A stretch of DNA of 62,472 bases from a virus. Taxonomy: Duplodnaviria; Caudoviricetes. The notes beneath the pieces are model-generated. The model searched no databases and was not told the DNA's origin. It worked only from the letters and a program-made list of their open reading frames with translations. Positions 46,827 to 55,876 of the stretch are shown in pieces. The translations under genes and the position numbers were made by a program. Position 1 is the first letter of the stretch. The number at the start of each line of letters is the position of its first letter. Location of the stretch: positions 1 to 62,472 of IMG/VR virus record IMGVR_UViG_3300043466_001090; one strand, given 5' to 3'.

Positions 46827-48224
46827 TTAGAAAGGGTTAGCATCAGTCATTGGTGCTGCATCTTCTAGCATATTATCAAACTCTTCTGCAGACATATACT
46901 CTTTACGAGCAGGATGATTAGAAATGATATACTGCATAGACATTTCTATCTCTTCCACCTGACCTTCATCAAGAACACCTCTGCTAGTATAAGCATTGAT
47001 AAGACTTTCAATCTCTGCTACAGCTAGTTCTAGTTGTTCACTAGTGCTATGAGAATGTAACATCTCTACCTTGCTCATAACAGCTTTAACTTCTGAAGAC
47101 ATTAGTTTATTCTGTAGGTTAGAAGCTGCATTCTGATCAATCATAATCTGAGCTGTCTTTACAAGAGCTTTATCTACAGAGATATCCCATATGTAACTAA
47201 CAGCTTTGGCTAGTCCTGGTACGAAAGTCAACGTTCTATCTGAGCTTTTAGTATAACCCACCTCAAGATATTTCTCCAGCTTTTTAACTGGAATCTCTAC
47301 GGCAGCAATCTCTGCTTTGTTTGGAATACCAATAGCAAACTTCTCACGATAGTTACGGGCACCCTTCTCATAATACTTAGCCATCTCACCTGCAGATACA
47401 CGGTTAACCGTCATCTTCAGCATGAATCTGTCCCAGAACGGAGAGTCTTGCTCGTCTTTAGGAATTTCATTACAAGTAGCAATAAACAGCTTCCACTTAC
47501 ATGGAATCTTGTGCTTACCATTAAAGAGGAACTTCTCATTCATTACACCCAGCATAGCATTTCTAATGGCTGAGCTAGCTTTATCCACCTCATTGATGAT
47601 TACAATGTCTGCTTCTGCAATAGGTGTGTTAAGCTCATACTTATTCTCTGTAAACAAAGTTTGTAGATCTGGCATACCTTTAATCTCTGATGCTTTAGTA
47701 CCCTCATCAGTTTCTAGGATGTACATCTTGTTAGCAAAGTCTTCTGCGGACATCTTGCCATCTTTATTCAACCATGCTTTAGCATATTCTATAATAGTTT
47801 TGGTTTTAGCTACACCTGGCTCACCTACTAACAACAGTGGTAATCCTGTAGCCTCTGCTAATGCTAGCATCTTAAATACTTCTTCCTTATTAATCAAGGA
47901 AGTTTCAATCTGACGAACCTCTTGGGTTGTTTTTTTTGTAATGGTCTTAGTTGACTTAGCCATTTTAAGGGGTTTTTTTGTTATTGTTGGTTGTGTTGTT
48001 GCATATAATGATGGTGTTACTAGTTCAAATGATTCTTCTCCTATAAGTCCATCATAGTGATTATGTTTAGTATTTCCTATAGGTGGATAAACTTTATATC
48101 CTGGTCCATAAGAATAATCTCCTCTTTCTATAATAGTCACTTCTAAACCTACTTCTTCTGGTCCACAACCAGAACCAGATGTTATCACTTTTACTATATC
48201 TCCTACATTAAATTTATAATTCAT
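46827..48224 (-). CDS. MoxR/RavA-like AAA+ ATPase (start at 48224 or internal 47963)
   Basis: LLLVGEPGVAKT, IINEVDKASSAIRNAML, ATCNEIP, FWDRF. Confidence 0.82.
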   Translation of the reverse strand: MNYKFNVGDIVKVITSGSGCGPEEVGLEVTIIERGDYSYGPGYKVYPPIGNTKHNHYDGLIGEESFELVTPSLYATTQPTITKKPLKMAKSTKTITKKTTQEVRQIETSLINKEEVFKMLALAEATGLPLLLVGEPGVAKTKTIIEYAKAWLNKDGKMSAEDFANKMYILETDEGTKASEIKGMPDLQTLFTENKYELNTPIAEADIVIINEVDKASSAIRNAMLGVMNEKFLFNGKHKIPCKWKLFIATCNEIPKDEQDSPFWDRFMLKMTVNRVSAGEMAKYYEKGARNYREKFAIGIPNKAEIAAVEIPVKKLEKYLEVGYTKSSDRTLTFVPGLAKAVSYIWDISVDKALVKTAQIMIDQNAASNLQNKLMSSEVKAVMSKVEMLHSHSTSEQLELAVAEIESLINAYTSRGVLDEGQVEEIEMSMQYIISNHPARKEYMSAEEFDNMLEDAAPMTDANPF

Positions 48225-48228
48225 AGTA

Positions 48229-48579
48229 TTAGAGGTTTGCAAAGATGTCTGCTGCTTCAGTAGAATCCACTGTTGTTCTCTCACTGACCATAGATACCAC
48301 TGGTTGTTCCACTGGAGTGTTTGATTTGGTAGGTTTAGATCCTTGGGTTTTATCTGTGGTCTCATTCTTAGTATCGTCTATAATGTTAAAGATTGTAATA
48401 CTAGTCTCTGCATCTTTAAGAGATGGGTGTTTTCTAATAGTAGCAATCTGTAATGCATTAGCACCATATTTAGTTTCTATACTTCCATAGCCAAGGTCAT
48501 CTTTCTTAAGCCATGTTAAACCTGAGTTCAAGTCATTGATAATTTGAGACACTGTAAGGTCTACTTTATTTACTGCCAT
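48229..48579 (-). CDS. Hypothetical protein
   Basis: 116-aa ORF with ATG after an A-rich leader. Confidence 0.7.
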   Translation of the reverse strand: MAVNKVDLTVSQIINDLNSGLTWLKKDDLGYGSIETKYGANALQIATIRKHPSLKDAETSITIFNIIDDTKNETTDKTQGSKPTKSNTPVEQPVVSMVSERTTVDSTEAADIFANL

Positions 48580-48591
48580 ATTAAAGGGGTT

Positions 48592-49308
48592 TTACCAGTT
48601 AATTTTAAATTCTGGTCCATTTTGACCAGTGATTATTCTGTTTATTTCGTTGAACATATTCTCACAATCCCATGGTTGCTTAGTATAACTAGCATAAGCA
48701 GGATGTGTAGTTTTTATAATGTAGTGATGTTCTCCTATTAGTCCTTCTAACTCTTGAGCTTGTTTACCCATGAGTACAAAGATTAATCCTGAGTCTGTAA
48801 AGTTTAGAATATCCATTACATATGCTATGAATTCTTTCCATACATTGTAATGAGACCCTACTTTATCTATCTCACATGTAAGAGCTGAATTAAGAAGTAA
48901 CACTCCTTGGTTAGCCCATCTAGTAAGATCTGGATCTTGATGAGTGGGATAGTCTTGATACACTGTATGTTCTACAGCTTCAAATATCTTCTGAAGACTA
49001 GGTTGAGGTTTGCCTGTATTAGCACAGCTAAATGCTAGTCCATCTGCTACGCCAAAGTGGGGATAGGGGTCTTGTCCTATAATAATAACATGCAGTTTAT
49101 TTACAGGACATTCTTCAAATGCTCTAAACACTTGCTTTAAAGGAGGAGTAAATCTTTTACCATCCTCTCTTAATTTATATAAGGTTTCTAAAATCTTATC
49201 AAAGTCTGAGCTTTGAATGAAACCTCTTAGTTTAGAGGCCCATCCAGAAGCTTGTAGACGATCAATAAGCTTGAGTTTTATTTCCTCAAGATTTATTTGT
49301 TCTGTCAT
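48592..49308 (-). CDS. ung: Uracil-DNA glycosylase (family 1)
   Basis: IIGQDPYP, GLAFS, PSLQKI, WANQGVLLLN, HPA. Confidence 0.93.
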   Translation of the reverse strand: MTEQINLEEIKLKLIDRLQASGWASKLRGFIQSSDFDKILETLYKLREDGKRFTPPLKQVFRAFEECPVNKLHVIIIGQDPYPHFGVADGLAFSCANTGKPQPSLQKIFEAVEHTVYQDYPTHQDPDLTRWANQGVLLLNSALTCEIDKVGSHYNVWKEFIAYVMDILNFTDSGLIFVLMGKQAQELEGLIGEHHYIIKTTHPAYASYTKQPWDCENMFNEINRIITGQNGPEFKINW

Positions 49309-49326
49309 AAATAATTCTTAAGTTTG
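49296..49326 (+). promoter_or_regulatory. Bacteroidota sigma-A-type promoter (TTTG-N19-TAAGTTTG)
   Basis: TTTG at 49296-49299, 19-nt spacer, TAAGTTTG at 49319-49326, 14 nt before the ATG at 49341. Confidence 0.65.
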
Positions 49327-49340
49327 TAAAAAATTACACT

Positions 49341-49631
49341 ATGGCTAAAATAAAAATGATTAAAAATGATGCTGTTGTCCAAATAGGTATAGGAGCAGGA
49401 TTTATGCAAAAAATCCAAACCATGCTTATGAATATAACATCCAAATTATCAATGGATGATATAAAAACTTATAAAGAATTGGTTGATAACAGCCAACCTT
49501 TTACAGAAACTTGGATGGAAGATGTCACTATTCTAACAACTCTTCTAAAAGAATTAGAAGATAAAGCAAATGAACAAGGTCTTATTTTTGAAGAAGATGT
49601 TCCTGATGATTCTCCTATAGTAAAAAGTTAA
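49341..49631 (+). CDS. Hypothetical protein; lone + strand gene
   Basis: 96-aa ORF filling a gap between - strand genes, with its own promoter match. Confidence 0.7.
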   Translation: MAKIKMIKNDAVVQIGIGAGFMQKIQTMLMNITSKLSMDDIKTYKELVDNSQPFTETWMEDVTILTTLLKELEDKANEQGLIFEEDVPDDSPIVKS

Positions 49632-50007
49632 CTTCTTCTCCAATTTCTTGAGCAGCTTGAATAGCTAGAGATAATTCTTCTCTAGAACATTCTGCAAAAG
49701 ATTTAGCTAAGAAATATTCCTTACCACTTACTTCCCTTGCTATACATAACCCTGCTCTGTCCTTCACTAGCAACTTCATGTTCTCAGCTGTTTCACCAAC
49801 GTGCATAGCTAGATGTTTAATCATCACATGAAGTTTTGCTAGCTGAGGAAGAGTACCGTCATCATGTTGCACTTCATAGAAGAATTCTACTATAGCTCCT
49901 TCTGGAATGTTTGATACAAACTTCTCATATTGTTTCATCTCAGCTAGAGAAAGAGGCTTAAGTAAACCTCTCTCCTTTTTATACTTACCATTAAGATGTT
50001 CTGTCAT
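49615..50007 (-). CDS. Hypothetical protein, possibly NinB-like (start revised to MTEHL)
   Basis: TLPQLAKLH...KSFAECSREELS..I pattern. Confidence 0.55.
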   Translation of the reverse strand: MTEHLNGKYKKERGLLKPLSLAEMKQYEKFVSNIPEGAIVEFFYEVQHDDGTLPQLAKLHVMIKHLAMHVGETAENMKLLVKDRAGLCIAREVSGKEYFLAKSFAECSREELSLAIQAAQEIGEEVNFLL

Positions 50008-51094
50008 TGGTATCAAAGTATTTAATTTTTGACTGATCAAGATCTTTCAGAGCTTCGGAAACCCAACGTTCATCCACAGTTTGCTTGTAACACAGAATAT
50101 GTATTATAGCAGTTTCTGTAGGATTAAGCCTAAGAAGTCGTCCAATTCTTTGTGACGACTTTCTTTCGTTTCCATATGCGTGCATAATAATACCAGCTCT
50201 TAAATCTGGAACGTTAACACCCTCATTAAGTTGTAGTACACAACTGAGTTTGTTAATGTTTCCTTTCTTAAATTGTTGAAGATTTTCTTCTGAGTCTGGA
50301 TTATTAGAATGATATGAATAATCACACATATTATCAGCTTGCTCTTGGGTGTTACAAAATAGTATACACTTATCTTCTATCTCGTCAAATAGATTTTTAG
50401 CATACATTTCTTTAGTCTTAAATCCCATAAGAGCTTTCATACGCATGATAGAAGCTATCTGTTCTTGTTTCTTAGTTGTAGCCTGCATTATACGTTGTGT
50501 CCAATACGCATAATTCTTAGACTCTGAAGTGTAAAATGTTTTATCTTTAAGATTAACAGGTAAATTATTTACAGAAGACAAGCTCATTAGATGAACCATT
50601 ATTCTATAATCATTTAGGATTTCATCTTCTACAGCTGTATCTGTAATATACTTGAATACTATGGGACAAAACTGACTTACCATTCTACCCTTTTCTGAAT
50701 TATTATATCTAGGCGGTGTACCTGTTAGTCCTAAGATCTTACCAGTGTAACATCCTAGAAAGTTCAGATGGGAGTCAAGTAAACTATGACACTCGTCAAG
50801 AACCACTATGTCAAACTCTTGACAATCATATTTATTTAGAGAGAGGTAAGTTGTAAACTCAGCCTCACTTATGTCTATACCAAACGTTTCAGCATCAGAT
50901 CTCCAAGAATCAAAAATAGAAAGTTTGGGTGCTACTATGAGCACCCTCACCTTCTTTTCTAACCCCTGATGATGTTGAATATATTTTAATCCTATAAGAG
51001 TTTTACCAACACCCATAGAGATCCCTAAGCCACAACGTTTGTGTTTAATTGCTATGTCCAAGGCATCTTTCTGGACTTGTTCTCTTTTAGTCAT
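49991..51094 (-). CDS. Superfamily 2 DEAD/DEAH-box helicase
   Basis: MGVGKT, VLDECH, GLTGTP, LNEGVNVP, QRIGRLLR. Confidence 0.9.
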   Translation of the reverse strand: MTKREQVQKDALDIAIKHKRCGLGISMGVGKTLIGLKYIQHHQGLEKKVRVLIVAPKLSIFDSWRSDAETFGIDISEAEFTTYLSLNKYDCQEFDIVVLDECHSLLDSHLNFLGCYTGKILGLTGTPPRYNNSEKGRMVSQFCPIVFKYITDTAVEDEILNDYRIMVHLMSLSSVNNLPVNLKDKTFYTSESKNYAYWTQRIMQATTKKQEQIASIMRMKALMGFKTKEMYAKNLFDEIEDKCILFCNTQEQADNMCDYSYHSNNPDSEENLQQFKKGNINKLSCVLQLNEGVNVPDLRAGIIMHAYGNERKSSQRIGRLLRLNPTETAIIHILCYKQTVDERWVSEALKDLDQSKIKYFDTNDRTS

Positions 51095-51267
51095 TTTGAA
51101 ACAGTGTTATAACCGTAAAAGAATATAGGTTTACTTTTTTTAGATAATTCTTTTTTTTCTTTCTTTTTCTTCTTTTCTTTTAAATCTTTCTCTTTAAAAT
51201 AATTATCTATTTCAGATTGTGTAAATCCTTCTTCAAGTAATTGTTTCTTAAAATCTTCTCTTTTCAT
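51091..51267 (-). CDS. Small Lys-rich protein (58 aa; not in ORF track)
   Basis: MKREDFKK...poly-K...NTVSK*; coupled at both ends (TAATG, ATGA). Confidence 0.5.
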   Translation of the reverse strand: MKREDFKKQLLEEGFTQSEIDNYFKEKDLKEKKKKKEKKELSKKSKPIFFYGYNTVSK

Positions 51268-51527
51268 TAGTCAAATACTCTTGAAATGGTTTGGTCAAAC
51301 GGATTATACTCCACTTGGTTGTAGCTTCTATATCTACCTTTTTCAAACATCATTTTAGCATGTTCGTCATGTGTAAGAATACCCATAGACTTCAGCATAA
51401 ACGTAATACCGTTGTCATCTATTTCATATTCTATCTCAGCTGTAGAGTCTAATACATGCTTCTTAATTTCTCCATTAAGATCTCTACCTTCTCCTTCTCC
51501 AAGGATAAGTCTTTTAGATTTTTTCAT
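51267..51527 (-). CDS. Hypothetical protein with GEG..H / L.HDEH / QVEYNP motifs
   Basis: Motif set that I recall accompanying DUF6745-type phage genes. Confidence 0.65.
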   Translation of the reverse strand: MKKSKRLILGEGEGRDLNGEIKKHVLDSTAEIEYEIDDNGITFMLKSMGILTHDEHAKMMFEKGRYRSYNQVEYNPFDQTISRVFD

Positions 51528-51538
51528 GTTGTTTAATT

Positions 51539-51883
51539 TTAATAGTTGTCATCATTAATGTCATCCCAATGATCTACATCGTTCTTACCATAGATATCTT
51601 CTAAGACTTCTTCAAGCTTATCATTAGCTTCATCTAATGGACCATAAGCTCTACCTGCTCTAAATGCAGCTTCTGCTAGATTTTCACAGCTATCTATAAA
51701 TCCTATTTGAGTTAATGCTAAATCTATTTTCTGTTTAATCTTAGCTAGTTCTTTATATAATGCTCCTAACTGAATATCTTGTTCTTGTTCACGTTGTTTC
51801 AACAGTTTTTCATAATCAGCAGTTGTTACTTTTGTTGGTAGTACTACTGATTCAATCTTTCTAGGTCTTCCTCTTTTTGCCAT
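51539..51883 (-). CDS. AT-hook-containing coiled-coil protein
   Basis: N-terminal KRGRPRK. Confidence 0.65.
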   Translation of the reverse strand: MAKRGRPRKIESVVLPTKVTTADYEKLLKQREQEQDIQLGALYKELAKIKQKIDLALTQIGFIDSCENLAEAAFRAGRAYGPLDEANDKLEEVLEDIYGKNDVDHWDDINDDNY

Positions 51884-51894
51884 GGTTTTGTTTT

Positions 51895-52632
51895 TTAAGT
51901 TTCTGAATACATTTTTTCTAAATAAGCTTCTTTACTAAGATGTCTGAAGAATGCTATAGGCTCAGCTTTATCATTGAGTTTAGCTACAATAATATCACCT
52001 TGTCTATAAAGCTTTTCTATTTGATCTTCTGATACATCCACTCTAATAGTCCAAGCTATAGCTCGTATAGCATCATAAGTGACTTCATCACCAGGTGAAA
52101 ACCATCTTTCTCCTGTCGCTGCTTGGTTATCTACATATAACCAATACTCTCTATTAGTTGTAGTGCACCAACATCTTACAGCAAATACAGGATTAGGACG
52201 TCTACCCCATCTGTCTGTTTCAAACATCTTATGTCCATCTATTTCATAGAGCTCATAGACATCTTCAAACTCATACTGATAAGGATCATTGTTGTCATCC
52301 CATTTAGTACGTTTCTTCTTAATCACTTGTCTATCTCTAAGAGTGGGTTCTAATTGTTTGAACAACTCTTGTACACCTATACAATCAAAGAACACTCTTC
52401 TTTCTTCTGCGTTCTCTCTAGCTAAAGCCTGCTCTACTGTTGCAGGTTTAATAGAATCCCACATTTCTTCTATAAAGTTACCAAAATCTTGCAAACTTTC
52501 ATGAATAATAATCTCTTTTTTTAGGTCTTTTAAGTCTGCATATTTTGCTTTCCATAAAGAAAGAGCTTCACTTAATGTGAAGCCCCCTCTGTTTGATACT
52601 GTGTATACTTGTTGTGAATAATCAATCTTCAT
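51895..52632 (-). CDS. DUF6745-like protein
   Basis: ENAEERR, VRCWCTTTNREYWLYV, AIRAIAWT, RQGD, SET terminus. Confidence 0.6.
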   Translation of the reverse strand: MKIDYSQQVYTVSNRGGFTLSEALSLWKAKYADLKDLKKEIIIHESLQDFGNFIEEMWDSIKPATVEQALARENAEERRVFFDCIGVQELFKQLEPTLRDRQVIKKKRTKWDDNNDPYQYEFEDVYELYEIDGHKMFETDRWGRRPNPVFAVRCWCTTTNREYWLYVDNQAATGERWFSPGDEVTYDAIRAIAWTIRVDVSEDQIEKLYRQGDIIVAKLNDKAEPIAFFRHLSKEAYLEKMYSET

Positions 52633-53299
52633 CTTCTATTTCAATTGTTTTAAGATTTAAATAAATTTCTTTATCATGTCCCTCTGGATATCTAAAGTCT
52701 ATGTGCTTAATCTCTCCCACTAACTGATCACCCACCACTTTAAAGTCTTCAAATCTTAGTGTAACATCATCCCATAGACTTTCCAGTTCATGTCCAGTGT
52801 GAGCTTCCCAATCTGATACAGCCTGCTGTATTTTTTCTGATAAAGTTTGTTTTAAATACTCTTCTATTTGGTTATGTTCAGGAGTGAGAAAACCATTTCT
52901 TATTCCAAAGCTTACTTCTAAATCAGGAGTTTCATCATAGTTTGCCTCTATATGAATACCTAACTCATTGAACCACAAGGTTTTAGGAATACTCACTTGA
53001 ATATTTACTTCCTGTGATAATGTTGCAGTTTCAGAATAATAGTCTGTACCTACAAAGGCTTGTTCTTCTACATCATATATAGCATCACCACTAGCATTAA
53101 ACTCACCAGCCCATGATCCATAGTCTAGTTGGTTATACATATAGTCTACTAGCTTTTCTGTATGCTCATCATCATAACTATCTCCATCTATCTCAAAGTG
53201 TACCCACCCTGAGTCTCCACCACCATCCCATACAATCTTAAGTTCTTTACCATCTTTTACTTGTTGGTCACACCAACTGAGCAATGTTTGTTTTGTCAT
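52622..53299 (-). CDS. DUF6878-like acidic protein
   Basis: WDGGGDSG motif, acidic composition. Confidence 0.55.
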   Translation of the reverse strand: MTKQTLLSWCDQQVKDGKELKIVWDGGGDSGWVHFEIDGDSYDDEHTEKLVDYMYNQLDYGSWAGEFNASGDAIYDVEEQAFVGTDYYSETATLSQEVNIQVSIPKTLWFNELGIHIEANYDETPDLEVSFGIRNGFLTPEHNQIEEYLKQTLSEKIQQAVSDWEAHTGHELESLWDDVTLRFEDFKVVGDQLVGEIKHIDFRYPEGHDKEIYLNLKTIEIEDED

Positions 53300-53666
53300 A
53301 ATCTAATTTTTCTTGTTTAATTTCTTTTAAGATTTTTCTACCTTCTCCTGGTTTGTACATCCAACCAGTTTGATTCATTTCTTTTAAATAGTCAGCTATT
53401 GTAGGAATCCATCCTATGTCTTCCATAATATGCTGTTCTGCTATAGTTCTAACAGGTACCATCTTACCATCAGAGTTGGTAATTACTGTTCCGAATTTTT
53501 CTTCACACCAGAAGATACCTTCTGAATGATGACGTAGTGCTCTATGTCTCATATCAGGGAATGCACTTTTAGTCTCGTCAAAAAAATCATGGATTTTTAT
53601 ATAGTCCTGCCACACTCCCCCGAACTTACGGCTGGAGCTAATACTGTGGTAGTAAGGATGACTCAT
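53268..53666 (-). CDS. DUF6915-like His-rich protein
   Basis: HPYYHSISS.RKFGG, IHDFFDETK, RHRALRHH, VPVRTIAEQHI.ED.G.IPT. Confidence 0.7.
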   Translation of the reverse strand: MSHPYYHSISSSRKFGGVWQDYIKIHDFFDETKSAFPDMRHRALRHHSEGIFWCEEKFGTVITNSDGKMVPVRTIAEQHIMEDIGWIPTIADYLKEMNQTGWMYKPGEGRKILKEIKQEKLDYDKTNIAQLV

Positions 53667-53830
53667 CTTCTATAGTATTCTAGTTTAATAATTAAAGTGT
53701 AGTGCTTAAAGTGTTTCTTCTTTGACCAAAATTCTTTACTTCTTGGTCCTGGTACAGCATGTTTGTACCAAATTCCACCTATAAGTTTTCTATACCATTT
53801 ATACTTTGTTAAGAATTTAAGGGCTTTCAT
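53663..53830 (-). CDS. Small basic protein (55 aa; not in ORF track)
   Basis: MKALKFLTKYKWYRKLIGGIWYK...; ATGA overlap with the next gene. Confidence 0.5.
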   Translation of the reverse strand: MKALKFLTKYKWYRKLIGGIWYKHAVPGPRSKEFWSKKKHFKHYTLIIKLEYYRR

Positions 53831-53834
53831 TTCT

Positions 53835-54224
53835 TTAGTTTAAACGTGATTCAGATAAACCAAGTTCTTTGGCTTCTTCAGGATGAGTTTCTATGTAACT
53901 ATGACAATCTCTGCAAACAGCCAACCACGTGTTCATGTTAAGATAGTTATCTCCAACACGTCCAGCTTTATGATGTACATCTGTACTAGATTTTGTACAC
54001 CCAACTAGTTTAGCTTGGCAGAATTGATGTAGAGAAAGGAATGCTAATCTTTTCTTAGAGTATTCATCCATAGCAACCTGCCTCTTTTTAGAGACAGGAG
54101 CTATAGACTTGGGCTTCTCTATTGTATACCAACATTCTTTACAATACTTATCTTTTTTGTGAGATTTCCAAATGTGCTTAAGCTGAGAACAACCAGCACA
54201 TTTTTTAAGTTTAGGTGTGATCAT
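53835..54224 (-). CDS. Zn-finger/HNH-like protein
   Basis: CAGC...CKEC, CQA...C, DVHHKAGR, AVCRDCH. Confidence 0.7.
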   Translation of the reverse strand: MITPKLKKCAGCSQLKHIWKSHKKDKYCKECWYTIEKPKSIAPVSKKRQVAMDEYSKKRLAFLSLHQFCQAKLVGCTKSSTDVHHKAGRVGDNYLNMNTWLAVCRDCHSYIETHPEEAKELGLSESRLN

Positions 54225-54745
54225 GCTAAATTGTAAAAGTTTTGCGGAAGCAAATTAAATTCTATGAGTTTATCAATGATTTGCTTTCTAGTAATTCCTA
54301 GTTCTCTAAAAGAGATATGAGAACAGTCTAATGTATCATCATATCCATTTGTACACACCATTGCTTTTGTAACTGGTGAGCTAGGAAAAAGTTTAGAAAA
54401 CAAACTATTAATATTCTCATTAATAACATTTTGTTTCCAACGGTTAAAAATTCTTTGAGCTATTGTGTATGACTTTTTGATCTCCATACGTTTGCTCGTA
54501 GACATTACGTTTAGTTCTTCATTTGTACAAGCTGTAAAGCCATATACAATTTTGTGATAGAGATCTGTTTGGTGAGGATTTAATTCAACCACTTCAATTT
54601 TCTGGTAGCGTTTAGTACCTTCTAATTGAATCTTACGTACATACTCACTTCTGTTATAAGAAGTAAACATGTGTTTGTTAACATCTCCATAGGATACCAC
54701 TATACCCTTGGAGTTAGCACTGATTGTTTTTTCAGAGTTTCTCAT
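54221..54745 (-). CDS. Hypothetical protein
   Basis: 174-aa ORF. Confidence 0.7.
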   Translation of the reverse strand: MRNSEKTISANSKGIVVSYGDVNKHMFTSYNRSEYVRKIQLEGTKRYQKIEVVELNPHQTDLYHKIVYGFTACTNEELNVMSTSKRMEIKKSYTIAQRIFNRWKQNVINENINSLFSKLFPSSPVTKAMVCTNGYDDTLDCSHISFRELGITRKQIIDKLIEFNLLPQNFYNLA

Positions 54746-54776
54746 GTTTAGAGATTTTAGTTATTAAAAATTTATA

Positions 54777-54808
54777 AAAAAGGAGAGAGTGTTGTTCTCT
54801 CTCCTTTT
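54777..54808 (-). terminator. Intrinsic terminator
   Basis: aaaaggagagag/ctctctcctttt stem. Confidence 0.8.
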
Positions 54809-54819
54809 GTTGTTTCATC

Positions 54820-55275
54820 TTACAAAGTCACTTCTTTAGTTATTTCTGAAAGTTCTTTCTGAGCTTTAATAACTTCTTTAATTTCATCAGTATTGGTATG
54901 CTGAATAAACTCATCAAAGCTATTTTGATTTGTTGTAAAGAACATATCTCTATAGATGGGTTGATCTTCATAACGGCATATGATACCAGAATCACCTGCA
55001 ATTTTTAAATTCTTATCAGGATTTTCATAATCAAACGGAGTTAAAGACTCTACTACAACAATCTTACCAGGGATTTCCATTCCTTCGTGAAAGTTTGCAG
55101 CTTTTAAATCTTCAATTTTACCATTGATAATGGCAGTTCTTCTAACTCTTCTCAACCAACCTGTTTCTGTAATTTGTGTTACAGTTTGTTCAACATTGAT
55201 AAATCCATACTCAGGATTTTTTGAGACACTGATAATGTTTTTGTGTTTGTCAGCTAACACTTTAACTTTTTCCAT
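54820..55275 (-). CDS. Hypothetical protein
   Basis: 151-aa ORF (PGKIVVVESL.P; QPIYR; IQHTN). Confidence 0.7.
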   Translation of the reverse strand: MEKVKVLADKHKNIISVSKNPEYGFINVEQTVTQITETGWLRRVRRTAIINGKIEDLKAANFHEGMEIPGKIVVVESLTPFDYENPDKNLKIAGDSGIICRYEDQPIYRDMFFTTNQNSFDEFIQHTNTDEIKEVIKAQKELSEITKEVTL

Positions 55276-55368
55276 TTTTTTTAATTTTTTAATAAGTGAA
55301 TAAATAAAAAATCCTAACCCCTTAGATATTTTCTAAAAAGTTAGGACTTATGAATAGTTCTTTTTTAA

Positions 55369-55620
55369 CTATTCTTCCTCAAAATCTGTATCCAGATTTA
55401 TCAGTTTTTCTGTTTCGGAAGCGTCAAGTAAGTCAGGTATAGTTTCTGATATGTCGTCAGTATCTCTTTCTTGTTTATTTAACACTGAGCCGTGCCATGG
55501 GTTTTCTACAACGTCACCATAGTTATAGGCAATCAAGTATTCTAATTCTTCATCAGACATTTCTAAATACTGTTCCGTACTTATTTCAATGACTCTTCCA
55601 TTTGGAAGCTGGTAAAACAT
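55369..55620 (-). CDS. Small acidic hypothetical protein
   Basis: 83-aa ORF beginning MFYQLPNG. Confidence 0.7.
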   Translation of the reverse strand: MFYQLPNGRVIEISTEQYLEMSDEELEYLIAYNYGDVVENPWHGSVLNKQERDTDDISETIPDLLDASETEKLINLDTDFEEE

Positions 55621-55705
55621 TGAGTATTAATTTACTATAAAGTTAATAGTAAATTTAATATTATCTATAAGTTGATAGTTTTAGAACGGATTATAGAGCT
55701 ATAAC

Positions 55706-55876
55706 TTATTTAGAGCTCTTTACTTCTCTCATTTTTTTCTTCCAAAAAGCATTTGTCTTGTTAATATGCTCTTGTTTTTCAAGTAGTTTTTTAGAACAAT
55801 CAGCAAGTTGTTCTTTAAGTTGTTCGTTTTCTTTTTCTAGTTCTTGTGTTTGTTTTTTCTTAAATAGGTTAAACAT
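55706..55876 (-). CDS. Small coiled-coil protein (56 aa; not in ORF track)
   Basis: MFNLFKKKQTQELEKENEQLKEQL...INKTNAFWKKK. Confidence 0.55.
   Translation of the reverse strand: MFNLFKKKQTQELEKENEQLKEQLADCSKKLLEKQEHINKTNAFWKKKMREVKSSK

Noticed and set aside
48225-48365. ORF-track start of the ATPase at 48365
   Set aside because: Overlaps the 48229-48579 gene by ~137 nt; ATGs at 48224 or 47963 fit better
51130-51200. T-rich low-complexity tract as a terminator or repeat
   Set aside because: Explained by the poly-Lys stretch of the 51091-51267 ORF; no stem
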